Source: Octopus vulgaris (taxonomy: Eukaryota). Taken from it: a DNA stretch of 64,000 nt. Positions within the stretch are counted from its first letter, which is position 1. Each line of letters starts with the position of its first letter. The translations under genes were made by a program, and so were the position numbers. The notes beneath the pieces were generated by a model, which was not told the DNA's origin, searched no databases, and saw nothing but the letters and a program-made list of their open reading frames with translations. Below, in pieces: positions 38,993-50,270 of the stretch. Where the stretch lies: the NCBI GenBank assembly GCA_951406725.2, contig OX597836.1, positions 20,026,001 through 20,090,000 of the forward strand, in the 5' to 3' direction.

Positions 38993-39280
38993 GGGATCTT
39001 TTCGGTTTGAACGGCAGTTTTTTCTAGCGGCGTCATATGAAATTGTCACCCATAATTATGACCCTACTATTGCATTTCAATCTGTTTCAGGGTTAGGGTT
39101 AGGGGTGGGGGAAGGGTATCTTTTTTTCTTCACAAATGTAAATAAACCCAATCTGTTTCTTAAACGAGGGACATATTCATACGGCAGAGAATGTTTTTTT
39201 TACCTCAATGGACGTCATTGATTGGTTGAAATTGCAGAAATTGAAGAAAAAAAAAACAATATCTTACAAACTATAGAATT
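38993..39280. mobile_element. MITE fragment, left end (same family as 28293-28559)
   Basis: Shared internal sequence and complementary terminus. Confidence 0.7.
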
Positions 39281-42200
39281 TACTGACTTCGGTTCCTCAT
39301 AACTTTCAGAAAAATGCTATTTTTTAAAGAAGGTTTCAACAAATATTTTTCTGATTGCGTAGATTACGATTATATAGGAATTTCATGTAAAAAAAAAAAA
39401 AATATTGGTGAGCGTTCATATACATATATATTTGAGTGTGTTAGTATGTATCTACAAAATCAAACTTAACATTTTGAAAAATTATGTGTACGCGCGCTCA
39501 CTACTTTTTTGGGGTTTTTTTTTTTTACCTCATTAAATTCCGATGTCATTGTATGTGTGGGAGACACACTTCAGTAGGTATGTTGATGTTTGTTTCCATT
39601 CCGTTGTCCACTTTTCTCCCATCAGACCAACTGAAGAAGAGGCAGACATGTTACTGATTGAATGAAATCATTCAGGGACTTGTTGTTTAGCCCCAAGTCA
39701 TCAACACTAACCAAACAGACCAACGGTGACGGCGCCGTTTAAATACGAGGATTGAGACTGGTTTTTCATGTGTTGACATATGTAAATGGATTTTCAAAAA
39801 CTACCATTAGATTTATTATTATCATAAATTGATTAATTTTATATTAAAGCTACTAGTGTTTTGAATCGGTCGGTATTTCATGTTTAGTACACTAAGAATT
39901 CTTAGTAGATATCATATCAATATTAGATATTATATTAAAATATTAATATCAAAATATTAATATTTCATCTTATATTCGAGAAAAGGGAGTGATTTTTCAT
40001 GTATTCACGCATGTTTATGGGAGCTCAAAAAAAGAAAACCGTCGGATATATCAATAATATCAATACGCTAACTTGTTGTTTTTGTGCGTCTGTACCTGTG
40101 GTGTGTGTCACGCTTACTTTAAAGGAAGAAGTGAGTGTCAAAGCAGGAGTGAGGACGACAGAGAGGAAGTGAGAGAGAAAGAGAGAGTAAGAGAAAAAGA
40201 GAGAGTGAGAGTGAAAGAGAGAGTGAGAGAGACAGTGAGTGGTGACGACGTTCGTTTTGTGTTTTTAAATGTTTATCACATCGTAAGAAAAGTTGATACA
40301 TAGATACATACATACATTGTTAAATTAAAAGCGGGAGAGAGAGGAGGGACACAGAGAATGTGAGGGAGAAAGTGAGAGAGACTGTAGATACACAGATCGA
40401 AAGAAAGTTGACACATTGTTAAATCAATGACAACTACAGCAAATATTGGATGTCACTTTCACTTTTCATTACTACACGAGGATAAAATCAACTCGCAAGA
40501 GGCTGAGTACTTCACAGACATGCATACCATTAAAGTAGTTCTCAGGGAGATTCAGCCTCACACAGAATATGACAAGGCTACCCACTTTGAATCACAGCTA
40601 CAACTCATTTTGGCCGGCTGAATGGATTGGAGCAAGATAAACCTTCAAGTGGTTGGAAGAAAACGAAAAAAGATCCTATATAGGGACAGGAAAATCTTTT
40701 TAGTCATTAGGAACACTATGGGTGTTAATCTGGTCCTAACAGCCGCATTTGTGGGTCTCACAGATCTGGAGGCCAAGTCCCCCAGATAAACATTGATGTG
40801 CAGGCTGTTGTTATCTAACTGCGTGTGAGTCAAGGGCAAATACACGACGGAATAGCACTGCTTACACTAAACACGTGACAGTTTTGAATTACGATATGGA
40901 ACATATCCTTTTCTTTCACTCTTTTTAGAAAATGGCACTCTGTCAGTTATGACGACGAGGTTCCTGTTTATCTGATCAACGAAACAGTCTGCTCATAAAA
41001 TTAACGCACAAGAGGCTGAGTACTCCACAGACATGCATACCATAAGGTAGTTCTCTGGGAGATTTAGCCTCACACAGAATGTGAAAAGGCTGGGTCATTT
41101 GAATTACGGCTACAACTAATTTTTGCTAGCTGAGTGGACTGCAGCAAGGTGAAGTAGAGTACCTTGCTCAAGAACACAGCGTGCCACAGAGAATTGTGGG
41201 CCGAATATCCCTAACCACTGAGCCACGTGCCTTCAGTCTCTTGACCATAGAGAAATGGAGTGAAGCAATAGAACAGAGAAAGAAAAGCACCAATCATTTA
41301 CAATGACAATTAGACTGAAATACGATTGATCTTTTCTAGCTTCTTTACTTTTCACAATGAAGAAGAGGTAAAGACATTTAGCAATGAATAGAGGGAAAGA
41401 CTTTCAGGCATTTATGTTTTTATTCTGGGAATTATATAAAATGAAACTTGAAAGTTTGAAACAAAAGATTTGTTGTGTGTCAGCATCTATATGAATGTGT
41501 CCACTTCTTTTTCCTCATTGAATTTTGATATAACCATAATCTACATCACCTGAATGTTATTTGTTTAAAATTTCTTTAGAAAATATCCACTATGAGGAGA
41601 TAAAGTCGGTATGGTTGAGACACACTTAAGGGATCTTGTCAAATTTCGTCAGACCATTTGAAGTTTTAGCTGGGTTGTGTCTCTGGTCCTCTTAATACAA
41701 ATTCTTGCTTCACATGAATCGTATATATAAAAAAAGTGAAAATAATATAATAAATGAGCTTTCAATTAACAGTGACACTTTATTCTTCAGCTGAATAAAA
41801 TTATAAGGTGAACCAGATTAACACATCACAAAGAATGTTGTCTGCAGAAAAGCATACATGGTTAAATGTGCTTCAACAGGAACAAAAATAATGTGGCATA
41901 GCTTCCCAAAAATAAACTCTTCCCTCTGAGTTAAAATGAAAAACCTTATGATATTTATTAACAAAAATGGGGCTCAGGCGGCCATTTTTAATTTGCTATT
42001 TTTGCTGGTCAATTACACAACACAATTGGATACAAGCTAAGTATTCCACATAAAACTTGACCAATCCAAATGCTTAATACTCGACAAAGTATTTCAGCAT
42101 CACATGACTGGTCACATGACCAATCATTAAAGACATGTGCAGAGCCCTTCTGGAAGTACTTAAGTCTAAACATGGAATTATGAAATTAGTCTCACTACAA

Positions 42201-42821
42201 AGTGTTTCAAATTTTCTCCTGATTATTTTCAGAAATATGTAGTTTTGCATGCTAATGAAAAAAAAATCACATTCATTTTTTTTTTTTCTCTAGAAATTAA
42301 TAATCAAGTTACACAAGAGCAGAAAATTTGAAAAAAATTTCTGATGAAAATTTGAAATGGCTCAAATTGCTGGAAGTTATTTAACAAGATCTCACTTATG
42401 TGAATATGCTGCTTTATCGACCAAGATTTAACCCATGAGAAAAAGAAAAAAAAAAAAAAGACTGTATATGGCATATAGGAGAATTGGAATTTCATAGCAG
42501 ATTTGCTGTGATATTTTCATTGCATAAACAACATACAATGTCTCTTTTCCAATAACAAATATCACTTTTATTGATCCAGCAAAACGTAAGGTCAAACAGC
42601 GTCAATGACAATGACAGCTATATAAGACCACGGCATACGTTAAATAAATAAACCAGAAAGTATAAATAAGAAATAAGTTTGTATAAATGCAGATAAGAAA
42701 AAAGGCCTTTTTATACACCAAACTATATTTGTAAAACTCTAGAGTTTTATTTGTTTGACAAGAGATTTCCTTGATTTGAAGGGATAAAATTTGAAACATG
42801 TCACAGAAGTCATGAAATAGA

Positions 42822-42858
<37 letters not shown>

Positions 42859-43215
42859 ACAGATTCATTTTGGTTTTATTTTCTTGTAATAATATACAAT
42901 AAAGTGTTAAAACACTCATACATCGGCAGCAACCTGATCATTGACCATATATATATATATATATATGCATGTGTGTCAGTGACTCCAGGTCGTGAAGTAT
43001 GACAAGATGTTTTGGCAGTTCTTTTTTAGCTTGCTTTTTCGTTTGTAACCAGATGGTGAGAAAATCTATAGTTGCCAGAAGAATATTCTGGATTGACAAA
43101 CAGTCTTGTTCCCTGCTGGGAAAATTGGAAAAATGGTGAAATAAGTTATGTTTTGGCCAGGAAACCCTGGTTAACTGTATTTTACAAGACTTGTTGTTTT
43201 CATTATATCACACAC

Positions 43216-43272
<57 letters not shown>

Positions 43273-43536
43273 CATCTGCTACATCAGAATTAATACCAGC
43301 GCTGGTGCCACATACAAAGCACTCAACACAATCTGTCGGGTAGTTGAAATTACAAAGGGTATCCAACCATAGAAATCATGCCAGAACAGACAATGGGGTC
43401 TGGTGAGACCCCTAGCCATACCAGCACCAGTCAAACCATCCAACCCATGCCAGCTTGGAAAATGGACATTAAATGATGATGATTTCAGCCCTTTAGTTAC
43501 TTATGTAACTTTCTGCTAATTAAAATAGAATGTGTG

Positions 43537-43607
<71 letters not shown>

Positions 43608-43759
43608 AACTTTGCCTTTCATCCTTTTAGGGTTGATAAAATAATCAACTAACCCCTCCCCCATAATACTTCATTCTATACAGCCATGCCTGCGTGTGTG
43701 CACATGCAAACATAGTTAGTGATTGAAGGGGATCAATTTAAAGGTTATTGTTTGTTTGT

Positions 43760-44050
43760 TCCTTCTCGAGCCATGCCTGGTTCATAAGGGCCGGTTTCCC
43801 AGTTTCCTTGGCATATAGGTTCCCCACCTGAACGGGACGCTGGTCCGTCGCAAGTGAGCTGCAAGATGCAGGAGGAAAGGGTGAGAGAAAGTTGTGGCGA
43901 AAGAGTCAGCAGAAGTTTCGCCATTACCTTCTGCCGGAGCCGTGTGGAGTTTAGATGTTTCGCTCATAAACACACACATCACCCAGTCTGAGATTCGAAC
44001 CCGCAATCCCTCGACCACGAGTCCGCTGCTCTTACCACTAGGCCATGTGG
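43760..44050 (-). mobile_element. SINE family C relative with a third type of 3' body, (AAAC)n tail
   Basis: Head GGCCTAGTGGTAAGAGCAGCGGACTCG..GGTTCGAATC; body TGCGACGGACCAGCGTCCCGTTCAGG. Confidence 0.75.
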
Positions 44051-44354
44051 TTTAAAGATTGAGTCATTTCAAAGTGAAACATAGCAAACTTGATGGCTAG
44101 ACAGCATGACACAACAGATAAACAATCCATTCCATTAGTGAAGTGTTCATCAATGAAAGGTAGTTTACTGGTGTACTAAGTTTACTTAGAAATAGATTTC
44201 ATATTTTACTCTGCTTGTTGTTCCCTTAGCAAAGTATATTTTTCAGGAAATAGTTTTAGGTTCAGTTCAATGTCCTTTTTTTTTCAATCCTAACTATTGA
44301 GAGTTTGGTTTTTTTAATTGTTTTGTTGATTTGATTCTGTTACTCATTAGTATA

Positions 44355-44751
44355 CTCTCTCTTTTACTCTTTTACTTGTTTCAGTCATTTGACTGCGGCC
44401 ATGCTGGAGCACATGCCTTTAATCGAGCAACTCGACCCCGGGACTTATTCTTTTTTGTAAATCCCAGTACTTATTCTATCAGTCTCTTTTGCCAAACCGC
44501 TAAGTAACAGGGACATAAACACACCAGCATCGGTTGTCAAGCAATGCTAGGGGGACAAACACAGACACACAAACACACACACGCATATATATATATATAT
44601 ACATATATACGACGGGCTTCTTTTCAGTTTCCGTCTACCAAATCCACTCACAAGGCTTTGGTCGGCCCGAGGCTATAGTAGAAGACACTTGCCCAAGGTG
44701 CCACGCAGTGGGACTGAACCCGGAACCACGTGGTTGGTAAACAAGCTACTT
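44355..44751 (-). mobile_element. Host SINE family A (B box, body, tail), split from its 5' end by a 4.3-kb insertion
   Basis: Sequence stops at ACAAGCTACTT and resumes at 49085-49115 AGCTACTTACCACACAGCCACTCCTACGCCT. Confidence 0.92.
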
Positions 44752-46787
44752 TATTTTATATAATTTGCCACTAGGGCAGCACACAGAGTAGCTGCGGGCT
44801 GGACAAGGACATTAATGGATGATGGTGGTGGTGGATGACGATGGTGATGGGAGAAGTCAGAAAGCGCCCGCCGACTTTTGCTTCTCTAAAACAATGTTCT
44901 TTTTTTTCAATAGTTTTACAGAGTTCAAAAATTTCAAAAACTTCAAACAATTTCAAAAAATTACAAAATGTTCACATTACATGTTTTAGAGGAGGCAATG
45001 AACCTCCTCTTCCATATGTTACAGGGATGTTACATTGCCTAAGTGACCCGGCCGACCATTGCTCTTGCCTCATTGAGGCAATACTCGCTGGTCAGGCCGG
45101 AGTCCAGTGGTACAGTCTGGAAAGAGTCCGCCGGGCAGGAACTCACGATCCTGTGTAGATCAGCCCTTCCCACGACCCCCGCACTCGGGGCCTTCCACAC
45201 AAGACCGGATTACCTCCCAATGTCCTCTCTTTCGCACTTTTCTTACGGCGTCTTCCACCTTTTTTCCCTTGAAAAAGAGGAGCACAAAATCTTCTACAAA
45301 TAGTCCCTCAGGCAGCACACCCGCCTGAGAGGATCCGGGATATTCGGGAACCGCCGTCTGCGTGTAGCAATCCGCCGGCGGGGCTCCGTTTCTCTTCTTT
45401 TTTCTTTTATTTTGGCCCTGGGCCACGGGAGGCTGAGGTTCCGGAGCTGTGCGCACCAGGTTCTCCCCTCCCGGAGCTTTCGGGTCCTTTGGTGGGTCGC
45501 CATTGCTCCCCACCTTTCTCTTTCTTTTAGAGGAGGATTTTTCCCCCTCCTCACTTTGTTTCTCTCCCTCCACTGGTGGGGCAGGGAGAGGCTCTGATAT
45601 CAGCCGCTCCAGGATCCTACTCTGGTCCCTGGAGCAGTTTTTCTTAATATGGCCGGTCTCCGAGCACAGGTGACACTTGGGGGGGCGTCCCTCTAGCATC
45701 ACCGGATACTTGGAACCGGCCATCTTTAGGAAGTCCGGCAAAACCAGACTCTTGGCCGACTGGGTCCACAGAGTTAAAGTAGCTTTTCCTCCTTCCCAGT
45801 TAGCCGCAGGCTGCATTCTTACGTTCAGGATCTTGGCGCTACCACTACTCAGACCCCGGCGGATGGAATCTTCCACCCACTCGGGCTCAAAGCCGGGCGG
45901 CAGGCCGCAGACCCATAAACGTATCAATTTTTCCCCCTTATAGCTTGGGAGAAACAGAATCTCGTCGCCCTCAATGGGCTTACTTGCGAAATCGCAAGCT
46001 GCTTTAGGAGAGTCAAACAGCAACCAAATCGTTGCGTATTTGGCTCCCCGTTGAATGTGTTTAACGGCTGGCATATAATCTGCCAGCTCGTTCATAATTG
46101 TGTCTTTCGGAAAGACCATTATGGTGTCGAGAGACTTCGAATATGTCCTCAGCACCACTGTCTTTTCCTCAAGTTCGTTCAAATATTTTTTGGGAGGTGT
46201 TAATTCCCACACTGTAAAATTCCTTGCCATAACTTAAGAAAAACAGTTCAAAATGTTACAAAATAAATTAGACACAGAAAGGAGAATGAAAAAAGCAACA
46301 GAAGGGAAGAAATAAAATTAAAATGGCAGTTCAAAGAAAGTTTTTTTTTACAAATGAATGATAGGCAGAGGAAGAGAGTTCAAATTCAGACAAAGGAATT
46401 TTTTCACTTTTTCGGCCAAAAATTGTACTCCAGGCCAAGTATATGGTTGGTACAACACCTTGGTAAATGATCCTTGGTAAATCCGTAGATAACACAACGA
46501 TAATTTCAAAAATAATTTTTGTAGACGGACTACGCCGCCTCAAAAACACAATTTTCTTCACACCCGACAACAGGCAGAAAAACTATATCCGGAGCAAAAT
46601 GGAGCCTTATTATCTGCTAAAAATATTTAATGCTAAAATACATTAATGCAAGTAATAAAGCTTCACTTCGCTCGCAAAAATACAAAATTCCTACCTGCAG
46701 TCGAGTCGAAAGTTCAACAATTCACGTTGAAACAACGTGGCATCCGGAGCAGCAAAATAACACGTCTAACTCAGACGAAGGTTAGCG
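44752..46787 (-). mobile_element. ORF1-only non-autonomous L1/Tx1-like retrotransposon, copy 1
   Basis: Bounded by AGCTACTT repeats; about 550-nt 5' UTR, single zinc-knuckle ORF, short 3' UTR, A-rich tail; no RT or endonuclease. Confidence 0.85.
45039..46230 (-). CDS. L1/Tx1-type ORF1 (gag-like) protein with CCHC zinc knuckle; apparent 1-nt frameshift near the C-terminus
   Basis: CHLCSETGHIKKNC = CX2CX4HX4C, preceded by an RRM-like region; track ORF stops at 45160, but removing one C from the run at 45176-45180 extends it to the TAG at 45039-45041 and restores similarity to copy 2. Confidence 0.85.
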
Positions 46788-46795
46788 AGCTACTT

Positions 46796-49084
46796 TATTT
46801 TATTTAATTTGCCACAAGGGCAGTACACAGATAGCAGCTACGGGCTGGACATAGACATTAATGAATGATGGTGATGAAGTGAAGATGATGATGGGAGAAG
46901 ACGAAAGCGCCCGCCGACCCCGCTTCTCTTAAGACAATGTTCAATGAATACATTTAGTAAAATGTTCAAAAATGTTCAGAATGTTCAAATTACATTTTTT
47001 CAGAGGAGGTAATAAACCTCCTCTTCAACATGTTTAAAAATGTTCAAAATGTTCAAAAAGTGTTTAACAATTCTCCCCGTCAGGTCCCCGAAGCAAATTG
47101 TCTTGCCGCCTGCAGACAACTCTGCGACGACAAGTCGAGGCCTGCAAAGAGAAAAGTAAAATCTTTCCTCTGAAAGGTCTCTGCGACCCTTGTCAAAATA
47201 TCTTCCGTTACTACCTCCGCAGCTACCCGCGGAGGCCATAACGGACTCCTTGAGCCGACCGTGTCCTTGCGTTCTCGGTCACCCAAGCCATTTAAAAACT
47301 TTTCCACCTTCCCTCCCTTGTGGTAAAGGAGGAGAAACAACTCCTCTTCACAGGAAGGGACCTCACACTGATCCGTCAGTAGCACACTTCCCACTGACGG
47401 AGCCCTGTCCGCGGGTGGCACACATCCCACCCGCGGCTCCGTCGGCGACACAGAAACGTCAGACGTCCGACCTCTCCTTTTTCTCCTCCTTCTTTTGGGG
47501 GAGACTGCTAACCCAGGGGACTCCGTCACCAGACACGGGGGAATGCTATTCCTCTCCGCCCCCTGAGCGTTCTTTGGTGGGCAACCGTTGTTGCTTGCCA
47601 GCCTCTTTCTTTTCGTGGAGGCAACCTCCTCCACGACTTCCACCGTCTCCCCCTCCAATGAGGGGACGGCGGGCACCTTTTCCTTTTCATGTTCCGGGGC
47701 GGCACCACGGCCCCCGGGACACTTCTTCTTAATATGTCCGGGCTCCGAGCACCGGTGACACTTGGGGGCGCGTCCCTCTAGCATCACCGGATACTTGGAC
47801 CCGGCCATCTTCAGGAAGTCCGGCAAAACCAGACTCTTGGCCGACTGGGTCCACAGAGTCAAAGTAGCCTTTCCTCCTTCCCAGTTAGCCGCAGGCTGCA
47901 TTTTCACATTCAGGATCTTGGCGCTACCACCGCTCAGACCCCGGCGGATGGAATCTTCCACCCACTCGGGCTCAAAGCCGGGCGGCAGGCCACAGACCCA
48001 TAAACGTAACAATTTTTCCCCCTTGTAACTGGGGAGAAACAGAATCTCATCGCCCTCAATGGGCTGGCTTGCAAATTTGCAAGCTGCTTCAGCGGAGTCA
48101 AATAGCAACCATACCGTTGCGTATTTGACTCCCCGTTGAATATGTTTAACGGCTGGCATATAGTCTGCCAGCTCGTTCACAATGGTGTCTCTTGGAAAAA
48201 CCATTATGGTGTCGAGTGACTTTGAATATGTCCTCAACACCACGGTCTTTTCCTCGAGTTCGTGCAAATATTTTTTGGGAGGTGTTAATTCCCACACAGT
48301 GAAATTCTTTGCCTTTGCCATAACGTAAAATACAACAGTTCAAAATGATAAACTAAAATTAGCCACGGAAAGGAGAATGAAAAAATGCAACAGAAGGGAA
48401 GAAATAAAATTAAAAATGGCAGTTCAAAAAAGTTTTTACAAATAAATAATAGACAGAGAAAGAGAGTTCAATTCAGACAAAGGAATTCAGTTCTTTTTTT
48501 TTTCCACTTCTTCGGCCAAATATTGTAATCCAGGCCAAATGCACTGTTGGTAAAACCCTTGGTAAATAATCCTTGGTAATCCGTGGACAACACAACGACA
48601 ATTTCAACAATAATTTTTTCAGACGGACTATGCCGCTTCAAAATTACAATTTCTTTTCATTCGACACAGGCAGAAAAATTATATCCGGAGCAAAGTGGAG
48701 CCTTATTATTTGCTAAAAAATATTAAATGCTAAAAAACATTCATGCAAGTAATAAAACTTCACTAAACTCGCAAAAACACAAAACGCCTACCCGTAGTCG
48801 ATTCGAACGTTCAACAGTTCACGTTGAAACAACGCGACATCAATACAATTTTCTTTCCACTCGACACAGGCAGAAAAATTATATCTGGAGCAAAGTGGAG
48901 CCCTATTATCTGCTAAAAAATATTAAATGCTAAAAAAACATTAATGCAAGTAATAAAACTTCACTTCGCTTGCAAAAATACAAAATTCCTACCTTTAGTC
49001 GAGTCGAAAGTTCAACAATTCACGTTGGAACAACGTTCATCTGGAGCAGCAAAATAACACGTCCGAACAGTTCAGAGGTTAGCG
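46796..49084 (-). mobile_element. ORF1-only non-autonomous L1/Tx1-like retrotransposon, copy 2
   Basis: Same architecture as copy 1; bounded by AGCTACTT at 46788-46795 and 49085-49092; duplicated unit of about 200 bp in the 5' UTR. Confidence 0.85.
47080..48321 (-). CDS. L1/Tx1-type ORF1 (gag-like) protein with CCHC zinc knuckle, 413 aa, intact
   Basis: CHRCSEPGHIKKKC; first 200 aa differ from copy 1 at about 17 positions; basic NLS-like tracts KRKR and KRRRRKRR. Confidence 0.9.
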   Translation of the reverse strand: MAKAKNFTVWELTPPKKYLHELEEKTVVLRTYSKSLDTIMVFPRDTIVNELADYMPAVKHIQRGVKYATVWLLFDSAEAACKFASQPIEGDEILFLPSYKGEKLLRLWVCGLPPGFEPEWVEDSIRRGLSGGSAKILNVKMQPAANWEGGKATLTLWTQSAKSLVLPDFLKMAGSKYPVMLEGRAPKCHRCSEPGHIKKKCPGGRGAAPEHEKEKVPAVPSLEGETVEVVEEVASTKRKRLASNNGCPPKNAQGAERNSIPPCLVTESPGLAVSPKRRRRKRRGRTSDVSVSPTEPRVGCVPPADRAPSVGSVLLTDQCEVPSCEEELFLLLYHKGGKVEKFLNGLGDRERKDTVGSRSPLWPPRVAAEVVTEDILTRVAETFQRKDFTFLFAGLDLSSQSCLQAARQFASGT

Positions 49085-49115
49085 AGCTACTTACCACACA
49101 GCCACTCCTACGCCT
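49085..49115 (-). mobile_element. 5' end (A box) of the host SINE family A
   Basis: Minus strand AGGCGTAGGAGTGGCTGTGTGGTAAGTAGCT. Confidence 0.9.
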
Positions 49116-49241
49116 ATCTGTCTATCCAACAGTATCTGTCTATCTCACAGAATTTAGTGCTTGTAGGAATAGGCATGTTTATATGGGGCATGCTTTCAAC
49201 AGATCCTGATTAACTCTTCATACTGAAATTTCATTCCCTCC

Positions 49242-50270
49242 TTAACATTGGGGTTTCAAGGATTTCCATTTCAATTTCCTTCCGTTTGGCCTTCCTGAAA
49301 TTCGAGTTGATGTGGAGTGAGTCATGATTGAGGTTATTTGTATATATGTTGCCCTCATTGACGATTGTATAATGCTGTGATCGGAAATAGCTGTGACAAT
49401 GACCTGATCATTGTGAATGAAGTCTGTATTGGTGGTAAAGACTAGGTCAAGTATGTTATTTCCCCTAGTTGGACAGGTAATTATTTGACGCTTGAAGAAA
49501 TCTTTAGTGGTATCGAGAAGAGCATTCATACCTCTCCTGTTCAGTTGTTTAATTCCAGGTTGGATGTAACCTTTAGCCCAGCTGAGACAAGTAAAATTGA
49601 AGTCCTCTGCTCAAAGCACATTGATCTATGAACTGGGCTCATTTGGGTTTTGACTTATTAGCAACAAAGTATCTTTGAAGTGATCTCCACGGTTAGCAGC
49701 ATCAGGAAGACAGAAGGTAATGGCTATGAAGGGCAGTGAGCTGGCAGAATCGTTAGCACACCGGGCAAAATGCTTAGCGGTATTTCTGCCATTAGGTTCT
49801 GAGTTCAAATTCTGCTGAGGTCAACTTTGGCTTTCATCCTTTCGGGGTTGATTAAATAAGTACCAGTTACGTACTGGGGGCGATATAATCAAATTAATCC
49901 GTTTGTCTGTCCTTGTTTGTCCTCTCTGTGTTTAGCCCCTTGTGGGTAGTAAAGAGATAGGTAATGGCTATGAGCAAATTGAGGTCAATCACATGCATTA
50001 TAAGTGTTGGAGTGGGAGAGGACATTTGTTGCCAGGTCTTCTTGGATGAAGGTTGCTATTTCTCCTTATTTCCATATTGTGTAGTCAGTTCTGAGTAGTG
50101 TATAACCTGATATATGTACTTTTGCATCCAATATGTCTGGGATCAGTTATGTTTCACTTAGTGCTACACATATTGTCTTTTCTCAATGTACAAAGTCTCT
50201 AAGATATGATATTTTTGTTTGGTTTGTGCTGTGAAGTTTGAAAGACCTTTTACAGTTGACATTATTATTA
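49242..50270 (-). pseudogene. Decayed CR1/L2-group LINE, APE endonuclease region
   Basis: QIITCPTRGNNILDLVFTT..SDHSII motif; DFNF at about 49600; VALSET at about 50160; stops and frameshifts. Confidence 0.8.
49730..49958 (+). mobile_element. SINE family B, full length, 15-bp TSD
   Basis: TSD AGGTAATGGCTATGA at 49715-49729 and 49959-49973. Confidence 0.93.

Noticed and set aside
39089-39104. (TTAGGG)n telomere-like repeats
   Set aside because: Only about 2.5 units, inside a MITE
46233-46696. Intron in the 5' UTR of element copy 1 (CAG|GTAGG ... TTCTTAAG|TTATG)
   Set aside because: The acceptor AG is not conserved in copy 2 (TTTTACG), and a retroposed copy would be expected to have lost it
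47190-47732. 180-aa plus-strand ORF and other ORFs antisense to ORF1
   Set aside because: Shadow frames of a GC-rich coding strand; no independent motifs
45160-48321. Zinc-knuckle ORFs as domesticated host genes or LTR gag
   Set aside because: No LTRs or PBS; they are bounded by target repeats, have A-rich tails and split a SINE, which indicates non-LTR insertion
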